DNA of 50,509 nucleotides, taken from an uncultured archaeon. Its GTDB lineage: Archaea; Asgardarchaeota; Lokiarchaeia; Sigyniarchaeales; SOKP01. The translations under genes were made by a program, and so were the position numbers. Each line of letters begins with the position of its first letter. Positions within the stretch are counted from its first letter, which is position 1. Below the pieces are notes generated by a model, which had not been told where the DNA came from, made no database searches, and saw nothing but the letters and a program-made list of their open reading frames with translations. Shown here one piece after another: positions 19,788 to 28,099 of the stretch. The DNA lies in the NCBI GenBank assembly GCA_964525635.1, contig CAZGJX010000015.1:1-50509 (forward strand). The letters are read 5' to 3'.

Positions 19788-20939
19788 ATGCAGATAATAA
19801 TCGATGGAGACTATAATAAAGAATTAATTTCTCAAATTAAAAGGAAAGATTTACCAGTTTCACATATTATTGTTCATGTTCCTCAAAATCCAATTGGAAA
19901 TAGTTCAATTTTTCTGCCAGAAATCCTTCCTTCTCTAAAGGAATTTAGAGATTATACTAAGATTATTCAAGATAATGGAATAATTCCCATAGCAGGTATT
20001 GATTCAACATGTCAAGGAAATTTGGAAGCCCATGCTAAACAAAATAAAGCAATTAATATATTATTTGAAAACCTACATGAATTAGAATACTCTAATTACC
20101 TAATATCATCCCCAAATAATGCAGCATTTATAAATGCAAATTTTCCTGAAGATAAAATTTACTTATCTTATTCTCAATATATCACATCATTAAATCGTGC
20201 AAAAATTTTTTTTGAATTGGGAGTAGACAATATTATAATTCACCCTGACATAATTAGGAATTTTAATATATTAAAGAATTTCTTGAAATTAAAGCAAAAT
20301 CTAAATAATAATGAAAAAATTGATTATATTCTTCCATTAAATCTTGGGTGCAATTGGGGATGTATTCATTGGTATGAACATCATAATCTTCAAAGTCATC
20401 GAACAATAAAGTCATCTATTTTACCAAATCAAAATAATATTTCTGACATTGAGGATGAGTTTGATTATCCTATCCTTGATTGTTGGAGGAAGCGTCTTAA
20501 ACAACCTTCTGAAATTCTTAAAGCAGGATGGATATCCCCATTTAATATTCAATTATATCATGATTTGGGGTATGAAAAATTCGTACTTTTTACCAGTAGA
20601 TTTTCTACGGAGAAGATATTGAATATCATTAAATCATATATTGATAAATTACATATGGATGATTTTAAAGAATTTCTGAATATTCCTCAACCTTATGGGG
20701 ATTATTGGTCAGGAGAAGAAATTCATAATTCAATGATCTTTCTTGATCCAAATAATATCAGAGAATTTTGCGATAATTTCCCCTATAATACTCATTATCC
20801 ATTTGAGAAGCAAATTAATGAATATTGTAATAAATATATTGATAAATTTAATAATAAACACATTAAAGAACGAGAAGAAATCCTCAAAATAATAATGGAA
20901 AAGAAAGAAAAACTATATAAAGGTGTATTTAATGGCTGA
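19788..20939 (+). CDS. Divergent U32-family protein (possibly non-catalytic partner)
   Basis: Aligns with the other U32s ('ITSLNRAK', 'IRNF', 'LGCNWGC', 'EILKAGWISP') but lacks GxGRP and FKIxGRR; ATG 19788 preferred. Confidence 0.72.
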   Translation: MQIIIDGDYNKELISQIKRKDLPVSHIIVHVPQNPIGNSSIFLPEILPSLKEFRDYTKIIQDNGIIPIAGIDSTCQGNLEAHAKQNKAINILFENLHELEYSNYLISSPNNAAFINANFPEDKIYLSYSQYITSLNRAKIFFELGVDNIIIHPDIIRNFNILKNFLKLKQNLNNNEKIDYILPLNLGCNWGCIHWYEHHNLQSHRTIKSSILPNQNNISDIEDEFDYPILDCWRKRLKQPSEILKAGWISPFNIQLYHDLGYEKFVLFTSRFSTEKILNIIKSYIDKLHMDDFKEFLNIPQPYGDYWSGEEIHNSMIFLDPNNIREFCDNFPYNTHYPFEKQINEYCNKYIDKFNNKHIKEREEILKIIMEKKEKLYKGVFNG

Positions 20940-22992
20940 AAAATTTCGCTTATCATTAGCATGTAATTGGAAGATTGACTTATTGAATCTAATAGATCTG
21001 GATCAATCGTTAAAAGATAATATTCATGATTTATATGGTACTTATGATTCTAGTTTTACTGGATCAGGGAGACCCTTTTTTTTAATGGCAAAGAGAGAGA
21101 GATTAGAGGTAGAAACATACATAAATAAAGTTCATGATTTAGGATTGAAATTCACTTGGTTATGGAATGGTATGTGTCAAGGATATTACAAATTTAATTC
21201 TGAACATCAAACTAAAGCCCTAGAGGAATTAGATTGGTTAGGAGATTTAAGTGTAGAATATTTAACAATAACAGATCCTTACCTTGCCGAGTTTGCAAAA
21301 AATCATAAACCAAAATTAAAATTGAAAGTTTCAGTTATTTCTGAAGTAAATTCATTATCACGTGCTTTAGATTGGCAAGAGATTATTGGTGATGAAGGTG
21401 TTTTAACATTATCTATAATGATAAATCGTAATTTTCCTCTCTTAGAAGAGATTAGGAATAGTGTAAAATGTGATATTGAACTACTTACAAATGATTGTTG
21501 CCTGAATGATTGTCCTTTTAGATTTTTTCATTATACAGAATGCTCACACGCTAGCCAAACTCATGATATACTAGAAGGCTATTATAATGATTGGTCAACA
21601 ATTGCTTGTCAAAATCAAAAATGTTTCAATCCAGAACAGATAATTATGTCTAAATGGATTCAACCATCAGATCTGGATAAGTATATTAATATTGGAATAA
21701 ATTATTTTAAAATTTCAGGAAGGAGATATGGAACTGATTGGTTATATAAGGCATTAAAAGCATATAGTAAAAAATCATTTAATGGGAATCTCGGTGATAT
21801 TTTTAATGGGTATTCTTTTGTTTCAGATCCTTTAATACTAGCTGGAAATCAATTTTCTGAATTTTCTATTAAACAAGAAAAAATGGAAGTAGATGCTGAT
21901 AATCAAAGTATAATGTTAAGTGTTCCAGATTTTAATGCAGTGTTAAAAGGTGATGAATTAAATGATTTTATATCTAATATACCTTTCCAAGGAACTAAAT
22001 GTACTGAAATTTGTGGTATTAAATGTCACTACTGTAATGATTATGCAAAGAAAGCTTATTATGTTCCTCCTGATAAATTATCAGAGTCATATAGAAATTA
22101 TATGGCATTTCTTTATGATTATCTAAATTTAGGAGAAATGTTTCTTTCAAAAGAAGAAAGAACTCTTAAAATTCCAATTAGAGAGATAGAATCAGATACT
22201 TATTTTGGAATCGCTTGGTTATCTGAAGCAGAAACTTTTTTAGAGGAGGTTATGATTATAATTCCTGAATCAATGCAACTTGCCGCTAAAAAAGGTATTG
22301 GATTCACAGCAGAACGAACTGCAGAAAAACAAGGTTTAAACCATATTGATCTAAATTTACTTATCTCTATACTTATTCAATTAGTACCTCAACCTTTTAA
22401 ACATGATCTTCTCGATTTCTTGGTAGAAAAAGACATCGATTTATCACATTTTATCAATGAAGAAGATATAGAATACATGAAATCTTTACCATATGGTACT
22501 GATTTAATGGCTCAAAAAGCAAAACAAAAAAGATTAGTAGAGCCTAATTCAAATTTAAATATAAATAATTTAAATATACAAAAAAATAAGGAAGTGAAAT
22601 TAAATATGGATACAAAAGAAGAATGGGAGGCGTACCTTACACGCTTTATGAAAGCCTATAATGAATTACCAGATTTATCTTCATTATTAAAACCTATCTC
22701 CCCTTTGATATTTCAGTACAATCTTTCAGATAAACCTGAAATGAATTATTGGCAATTTGTTGAAGAGGATAAAATGAGATGGGGAATGGGAAATTATGAT
22801 GGAAATGATGCTCCCAAGATTATCCACAAAACTGACTTTGAGACATTGATAAAAGTTAATTCTGGTGAATCAGATCCAATTCAAGCTACTATGGCAGGTA
22901 ATTATACTGTTGAAGGAGATGTAACTAAACTTATGGCATGTGCTGCTTTACTCCCTCTTAACGCAAAAGCCCATAATAAGGCTATAGAATGA
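20932..22992 (+). CDS. U32-family Fe-S protein + DUF2621/PCP_red-like domain + SCP2 domain (triple fusion)
   Basis: 'GSGRP', 'CLNDCPF', 'FKISGRR', 'CTEICGIKCHYC'; middle 'AWLSEAETFLEE...IPESMQLAAKK...VPQPFKHDL'; C-term 'DPIQATMAGNYTVEGDVTKLM'. Overlaps the upstream stop. Confidence 0.85.
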   Translation: MAEKFRLSLACNWKIDLLNLIDLDQSLKDNIHDLYGTYDSSFTGSGRPFFLMAKRERLEVETYINKVHDLGLKFTWLWNGMCQGYYKFNSEHQTKALEELDWLGDLSVEYLTITDPYLAEFAKNHKPKLKLKVSVISEVNSLSRALDWQEIIGDEGVLTLSIMINRNFPLLEEIRNSVKCDIELLTNDCCLNDCPFRFFHYTECSHASQTHDILEGYYNDWSTIACQNQKCFNPEQIIMSKWIQPSDLDKYINIGINYFKISGRRYGTDWLYKALKAYSKKSFNGNLGDIFNGYSFVSDPLILAGNQFSEFSIKQEKMEVDADNQSIMLSVPDFNAVLKGDELNDFISNIPFQGTKCTEICGIKCHYCNDYAKKAYYVPPDKLSESYRNYMAFLYDYLNLGEMFLSKEERTLKIPIREIESDTYFGIAWLSEAETFLEEVMIIIPESMQLAAKKGIGFTAERTAEKQGLNHIDLNLLISILIQLVPQPFKHDLLDFLVEKDIDLSHFINEEDIEYMKSLPYGTDLMAQKAKQKRLVEPNSNLNINNLNIQKNKEVKLNMDTKEEWEAYLTRFMKAYNELPDLSSLLKPISPLIFQYNLSDKPEMNYWQFVEEDKMRWGMGNYDGNDAPKIIHKTDFETLIKVNSGESDPIQATMAGNYTVEGDVTKLMACAALLPLNAKAHNKAIE

Positions 22993-22995
22993 ATA

Positions 22996-23021
22996 TTTTT
23001 TCTTTTTTTTTTTTCTTTTTT
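22996..23021 (+). terminator. Long T-rich tract ending the biosynthetic operon
   Basis: tttttt-c-tttttttttttt-c-tttttt directly after TGA 22992. Confidence 0.55.
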
Positions 23022-23109
23022 AAAATTACCTCAATAAAATATTTGATTTTTTTTTCATGGTTATTAAATAAAATTACAGATTATTTATGAAGAAATTAAA
23101 TTTTGATAA

Positions 23110-23940
23110 AAAATGGTCTCTATAAGAATTATATAGAGTAAAAATCTTTTTTTATTAAATAAAAAAACTATAAATAAAAATAGTGAGGATAAAAAAAATG
23201 TTTTGTCCAAGTTGTGGTGAAGAGTTAAGAGAAGATAATCAAAGATTTTGCCACACTTGTGGAATTAATCTTCTTAGTAATATAGATGGCCCTCAACAAT
23301 ATACTAAAGTTATTCAAAAAACACCAAATTCAATTTCAAAATCAAATCTAAAAAATATTGAAATAATAAAAGGTCAACAAGGACACCATATTAAAATAGA
23401 ACGAATAGGACCATATTCAAAAAAGAGTTTAGCTTATTCAATTGTGTCTTTGGGATTAACTGCTTTGGCAATTGTTTTCATTTCGACAGGATTTGTTTAC
23501 AGTTTAATACGTAATAATATCCAATTACTTATCATACCAAGAACGATATTTGTAATTTCAATTAATATTGTAGGTTTGGTTTTTGGAATTCAATCTAAAA
23601 AGAATAGTTTAAAAGCAGGACGATTTGAAGAAATAAATGCTGTAGAGAAAGTAGGGAGTGTATTATGTATTTTTGGGATAGTAGCTAATATTATTGGTAT
23701 TATAATAGGTTTTTTAATATACCCTGCATCTATGATTATCTTGAATAATAATATACAATTTATTTATTAATTTTAATATTTTAAAAAATTCTTTTTTCTT
23801 ATTTTATCAATAAAATCTAGGTTTTTTGTAAGAATCTACTTTTTAATAATAAATGGTCTATATTAAAATTATATACACTATATCTTTATTTTTATTAAAA
23901 AAAAAAAAATAAATAAAATTAGTTAGGAGGAAAGAAATCT
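23110..23940 (+). repeat. Duplicated upstream regions of the two tandem zinc-ribbon genes (about 23110-23197 and 23851-23940)
   Basis: 'aaatggtctctataagaattatatagag...tttattaaa...taaataaaaatagtgagg' vs 'aaatggtctatattaaaattatatacac...tttattaaa...taaataaaattagttagg'. Confidence 0.65.
23198..23770 (+). CDS. Zinc-ribbon membrane protein, paralog 2
   Basis: 'MFCPSCGEEL..FCHTCG', 'YSKKSLAYSI', 'EKVGSV', 3 TM. Confidence 0.8.
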   Translation: MFCPSCGEELREDNQRFCHTCGINLLSNIDGPQQYTKVIQKTPNSISKSNLKNIEIIKGQQGHHIKIERIGPYSKKSLAYSIVSLGLTALAIVFISTGFVYSLIRNNIQLLIIPRTIFVISINIVGLVFGIQSKKNSLKAGRFEEINAVEKVGSVLCIFGIVANIIGIIIGFLIYPASMIILNNNIQFIY

Positions 23941-24513
23941 ATGTTTTGTCCAAGTTGTGGTTCAGAATTGAGAGAAGGTAATCAAAAATATTGTCATTGT
24001 TGTGGAACTAATCTTCTTAACGCTACTGAAGACACTCAATTATATACTAGAATTTCTCAAAAAACACCAAAAAAAATACCAAAATCTACAATAGAATACT
24101 CAACTGTTCCAGAAATTAACAAAAAACAAATTAAACCAAAAGGTGGGATAGGGGCCCATTCAAAAAGATGTTTAGCATTTGCAATTGTATCATTGGCTTG
24201 CGCTGGTGTTGCTTCTGTTTTAGGTACAAGTTTAAATTTTTTCTTTAATTGGTTTTTTGATGGTAATAGTAGGATTTTATTAATACCTCGATTTATACCA
24301 ATGACATCTATTTATATAGTTGGATTAATTTTTGGAATTTTGTCTAGAACGAATAGTTCTAAAGCAGGATTAAAAGAATCAAAAAATAATGTTGAGAAAG
24401 TTGGAAGTATACTTGGAATCTTAGGAATTATCTCTAATGCAATTGGGCTCGCTGGTGTATTGATATTTGCTTTATCCTTCATTGATTTTCCATCTATTCC
24501 ATACATCGATTAA
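23941..24513 (+). CDS. Zinc-ribbon membrane protein, paralog 3
   Basis: 'MFCPSCGSEL..YCHCCG', 'HSKRCLAFAI', 'EKVGSI'; SD AGGAGG upstream. Confidence 0.82.
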   Translation: MFCPSCGSELREGNQKYCHCCGTNLLNATEDTQLYTRISQKTPKKIPKSTIEYSTVPEINKKQIKPKGGIGAHSKRCLAFAIVSLACAGVASVLGTSLNFFFNWFFDGNSRILLIPRFIPMTSIYIVGLIFGILSRTNSSKAGLKESKNNVEKVGSILGILGIISNAIGLAGVLIFALSFIDFPSIPYID

Positions 24514-24588
24514 ATTAACTATATATGTTTAATTTTGTAAAATAGAGATTACATAATTTAATTTATACTTTATATTTATTCTTTCTAT

Positions 24589-25356
24589 TTATTTTATATT
24601 TTTTGCTAATTCATAATAAATCTCTTTTTTTGTTACATATTGATTAATACGTTTTAAACTTCGACGTGCTGTCAAATGTCTTCCACTTGTTAATACAGAT
24701 ATAAAATTTAGAGTTTTTATTTTTCCTTTTTTTAATTTTCTTGTCAAATAAATTATAGAATCAGAAAATACTTTATCGATACCTAAAGAATTTGGTGGTT
24801 GTTTAAATCCACCTGCTTTGAAAAAGATTTCTCTTCTAACAATAATATTACATCCCCAAAGTTCAGGATAACCATAAAGGGTTTTAAAAAAATACCACAT
24901 ATGCATTGAAATATTTTGAAAAAAATAGCTTGTTATTGTAAATTTCATTGTACCTAATTTAAAAGAGAGAGCTTTTCCATTGAAGTATTTAGCTCGAGCA
25001 CTACATGCAAAAAGATTATCATCTTTTTTAAATATTCTATAGATATTGTGTAAAAAATAAGGTTCTATTATTGTATCTGCATCTAAAAACAAAAGTATAA
25101 TCCCTGAAGTTTTTGGTACAACATAATTTATTTGATTTACCTTACCTTTTTTGGGTGAAATGTACACTTTAACATATTTTTGCGAAATATTGACTGTATT
25201 ATCAGAACTCTGTCCATCAACTACAATAATTTCATAAGGAATGCAACATCTTTGATTTTTTGCTGCCAATAAAGTTTCTTCTATATTAGATTCTTCATTA
25301 TAAGTTGGTATAATTATAGATATTATTGGCTTATATTTCTGATTTAAGGGTTCCAT
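24589..25356 (-). CDS. Glycosyltransferase family 2
   Basis: 'IIIPTYNEE', 'VVDGQSSDNT', 'FLDAD', 'GGF', 'TSGR'. Confidence 0.9.
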   Translation of the reverse strand: MEPLNQKYKPIISIIIPTYNEESNIEETLLAAKNQRCCIPYEIIVVDGQSSDNTVNISQKYVKVYISPKKGKVNQINYVVPKTSGIILLFLDADTIIEPYFLHNIYRIFKKDDNLFACSARAKYFNGKALSFKLGTMKFTITSYFFQNISMHMWYFFKTLYGYPELWGCNIIVRREIFFKAGGFKQPPNSLGIDKVFSDSIIYLTRKLKKGKIKTLNFISVLTSGRHLTARRSLKRINQYVTKKEIYYELAKNIK

Positions 25357-25450
25357 TTTATTTTTTTATATATTAAAAATTTGTTTGTTGGTATTAATTA
25401 TTTTTTAATTAAATGAATTTTTAATATTTATATAAGAATTAAAGTTAGTA

Positions 25451-26545
25451 ATGGTTAAAATGAAAAAAGGATTTGCAATTTCGTTAATTGTTTTAATTTT
25501 TAGTTCTATTTTTATGATTTTAATAATAGTAAGTCGAGTGTTTTTTTCAATTCAATGGATAGATACTATCTATGATTATATAGCTCCTTCATTATCTTTA
25601 TTTTTCTATGAATATGGTCAATATATTTATGGAGCTGTGTTAATTCTCTTTATGATTTTACTTCTTGTATATGTCTTTGGATATAATCTTGCTAAATTTA
25701 AACAACTAACAGGTTCAATAATATACCTTTTTAGTCTTTCAACGATGATATTAATAATATTCGTCATGACTAACTATGCATATTTTAGTATTTTATTTAA
25801 TCAAAAATTTAAATTGAATACAAGATTAATGTTTATTTTACTTTTGTTGCCTGTTAATTTTGCATTTAGTCTTATTTTATTTATAGTAAATCTGGATTTT
25901 TCGATATTTTTGAAAGATTTAATTAAAGCTAGAAAAGTATGGAAACATAATAGACCTAAATTTGACATAGATGTTAAAGATAAAATGACCTATATCAATA
26001 TAGAAACTGAAGAATTTGTATTTACACCTGTACCAATGTTAATTGTAGCAAAATATCTTCAAAGTAAAGGACATTCTATATCATGGTTTGTTAGAGGAGC
26101 ATTTAATCATTTACTATCTCTAATAATTTCATATTTGACTGGATGGCCTAGAGCAAGAAATAAATTATTTCGTTTTATGGGTATGAAAATTGGAAATAAT
26201 TGCCATATTTCTGAGAAGTCACATCCAGATCCTCTCCTGCCAGATTTAATTGAATTTGAAGATGGAAGCGGTTGCGGAATTGGTGTAAAATTGCTGACTC
26301 ATGATGTCATGAATTTAGATCATGCAAGTTTTGGTTTTGGTCCGATAAAAGTTAGCAAAAATGCCCGAATAGGGGCATATTCAGTTATAATGCCTGGAGT
26401 TACTATTGGTGAAGGATCTATAATTGGTGTAAATTCATTAGTAACAAATGATATTCCTCCATATTCTATAGCAGTTGGTACTCCCGCAAAAGTTATAAGA
26501 GAATTAACAGATTCTGAAAAGGAAAAAATAAATAAAGAATATTAG
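25451..26545 (+). CDS. Membrane-anchored hexapeptide-repeat (LbH) acyltransferase
   Basis: Four N-terminal hydrophobic helices; C-terminal 'GMKIGNNCHI', 'RIGAYSVIMPGVTIGEGSIIGVNSLVTNDIPPYSIAVGTPAKVIR'. Confidence 0.85.
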   Translation: MVKMKKGFAISLIVLIFSSIFMILIIVSRVFFSIQWIDTIYDYIAPSLSLFFYEYGQYIYGAVLILFMILLLVYVFGYNLAKFKQLTGSIIYLFSLSTMILIIFVMTNYAYFSILFNQKFKLNTRLMFILLLLPVNFAFSLILFIVNLDFSIFLKDLIKARKVWKHNRPKFDIDVKDKMTYINIETEEFVFTPVPMLIVAKYLQSKGHSISWFVRGAFNHLLSLIISYLTGWPRARNKLFRFMGMKIGNNCHISEKSHPDPLLPDLIEFEDGSGCGIGVKLLTHDVMNLDHASFGFGPIKVSKNARIGAYSVIMPGVTIGEGSIIGVNSLVTNDIPPYSIAVGTPAKVIRELTDSEKEKINKEY

Positions 26546-26757
26546 ATTTTAATTTAGATTCCTAATTGGATTATTAGAAGTATTATATAATTTCAATATT
26601 ATATATGTTTCAAATGATGATATTTCTCTTATTTTATACTTTTTTTTATTTGTTAAATTCTGTATATAAATATATATATTGACAATAATCTATATAGAGA
26701 ATCTATAAATATTGCAGTATATTCAGTTATATATGGGAATATATATTTAATAATTTT

Positions 26758-27138
26758 GTGATAAAAATGATAATGAAAATTAAACTTAATATTATCAATA
26801 GTAAATCAATTTTTCCAGAAATTAATACTGGAGAAATTCTGCCAGTTTATATAATTAGTATTGTGTTTTTCATAATTTTTATAAATTTAATATTAGCATA
26901 TTTTATAGCAATTAGAATTTTAAGTAGAAAAAAAGTGATAGAAATTCCAATAGTGGAAAAAGAAAGTTCTTTTAATCATACTAAGGATTCAATCAATAAA
27001 CATAATAAATTTATTTATTATTATTGTCAGTTTTGTGGAGGAAAATTAGAAAGGAGCGCTGAATATTGTTCAAAATGTAATTCAACTTTAAGAAGAGGGA
27101 ATATAAAAATATATAAAAAGTATTTTTTGATAAAATAG
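26758..27138 (+). CDS. Single-TM protein with C-terminal zinc ribbon
   Basis: TM then 'YCQFCG...YCSKC'. Confidence 0.65.
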   Translation: MIKMIMKIKLNIINSKSIFPEINTGEILPVYIISIVFFIIFINLILAYFIAIRILSRKKVIEIPIVEKESSFNHTKDSINKHNKFIYYYCQFCGGKLERSAEYCSKCNSTLRRGNIKIYKKYFLIK

Positions 27139-27152
27139 AGGTGTGTAAAAAA

Positions 27153-27926
27153 ATGGATTTGAGAAAAAGGATCTTTACAGATAAAATATTTTTAATATTT
27201 TTTATAGTATATTTAACAGCAAGTATAGTTGTTCTTACCTATTCCATGAACCATTATACAAATAATATGTCTAATAATGGTGTTACAACAACAGGTGTAT
27301 ATTATTTAGCCTATGAAGAATATGAAATAATAGGTGAGGATGTTGATAGTACTATAGAATATAAATTTCATTCAGATTATAAAACAACAGTCTTAATAAT
27401 ACCATATCAGGTTTATAAATATTATTTTATTGAACAATCATCTAATATCATATATGATATAAAAGCTGGGGATTTAAAAAGTTATATTGTATCGAATGAA
27501 TTAATCGAGGATCATAAAAAATTAAAAATTCCATATCCAGATTTTCAATGGTATGTTATGTTTACAAATTTGAATATAAATAATGATACAATAATGTCAC
27601 AATATAAAATTGAATTTGATATATCATCCATTGTAGATAATGCATTATTTGCCTTAACCGGAACTATAATTATAGGAGTAATTATATGTCTTGTTCTTAT
27701 ATTAGAAATATATGAGAAACGTAAAGAAATAAAGAAAAACCCAGCTTATTCCGATAATTTGTTAAAAAATAAAATTCATGAAAAGAAATGGAAATTAGAA
27801 ACTGATATAAATTATGAGAAAGAAATGAATTTGAAAAAAATTGATAAAAAATATTGTAATTTTTGTGGAGCTGAAATAGAATTTTCTATAACAAATTGCC
27901 CTACTTGTAATAATGATAAAAAATAA
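27153..27926 (+). CDS. Two-TM protein with extracellular domain and C-terminal zinc ribbon
   Basis: TM at both ends; 'YCNFCG...NCPTC'; SD GAGGTG before ATG 27153. Confidence 0.68.
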   Translation: MDLRKRIFTDKIFLIFFIVYLTASIVVLTYSMNHYTNNMSNNGVTTTGVYYLAYEEYEIIGEDVDSTIEYKFHSDYKTTVLIIPYQVYKYYFIEQSSNIIYDIKAGDLKSYIVSNELIEDHKKLKIPYPDFQWYVMFTNLNINNDTIMSQYKIEFDISSIVDNALFALTGTIIIGVIICLVLILEIYEKRKEIKKNPAYSDNLLKNKIHEKKWKLETDINYEKEMNLKKIDKKYCNFCGAEIEFSITNCPTCNNDKK

Positions 27927-28099
27927 AATATTAAATTTTTAAATATTATCAATTTCATTCTTTTTTTGACTGTTTTTTTACTGATTATCTATTTTTTTGG
28001 TTTAGTTTTACTCTATTTCTTAGTACTAAAACTATTTATTATAATCTATAATATAAAATAATATCAAAAAAAAATAATAAAATTAAAGAGGAAAAGTGA

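Noticed and set aside
8672-22992. RiPP interpretation (SPASM enzymes plus 'peptidase' U32)
   Set aside because: No precursor peptide or PqqD/RRE seen. U32 proteins are now known mainly as Fe-S hydroxylases, and SCP2 plus prenyltransferase point to a lipid-like product. Not fully excluded.
8672-22992. Assigning ubiU/ubiV/ubiT gene symbols
   Set aside because: Only family-level analogy; orthology cannot be shown by eye, and no ubiA/ubiD/ubiE/ubiG is present.
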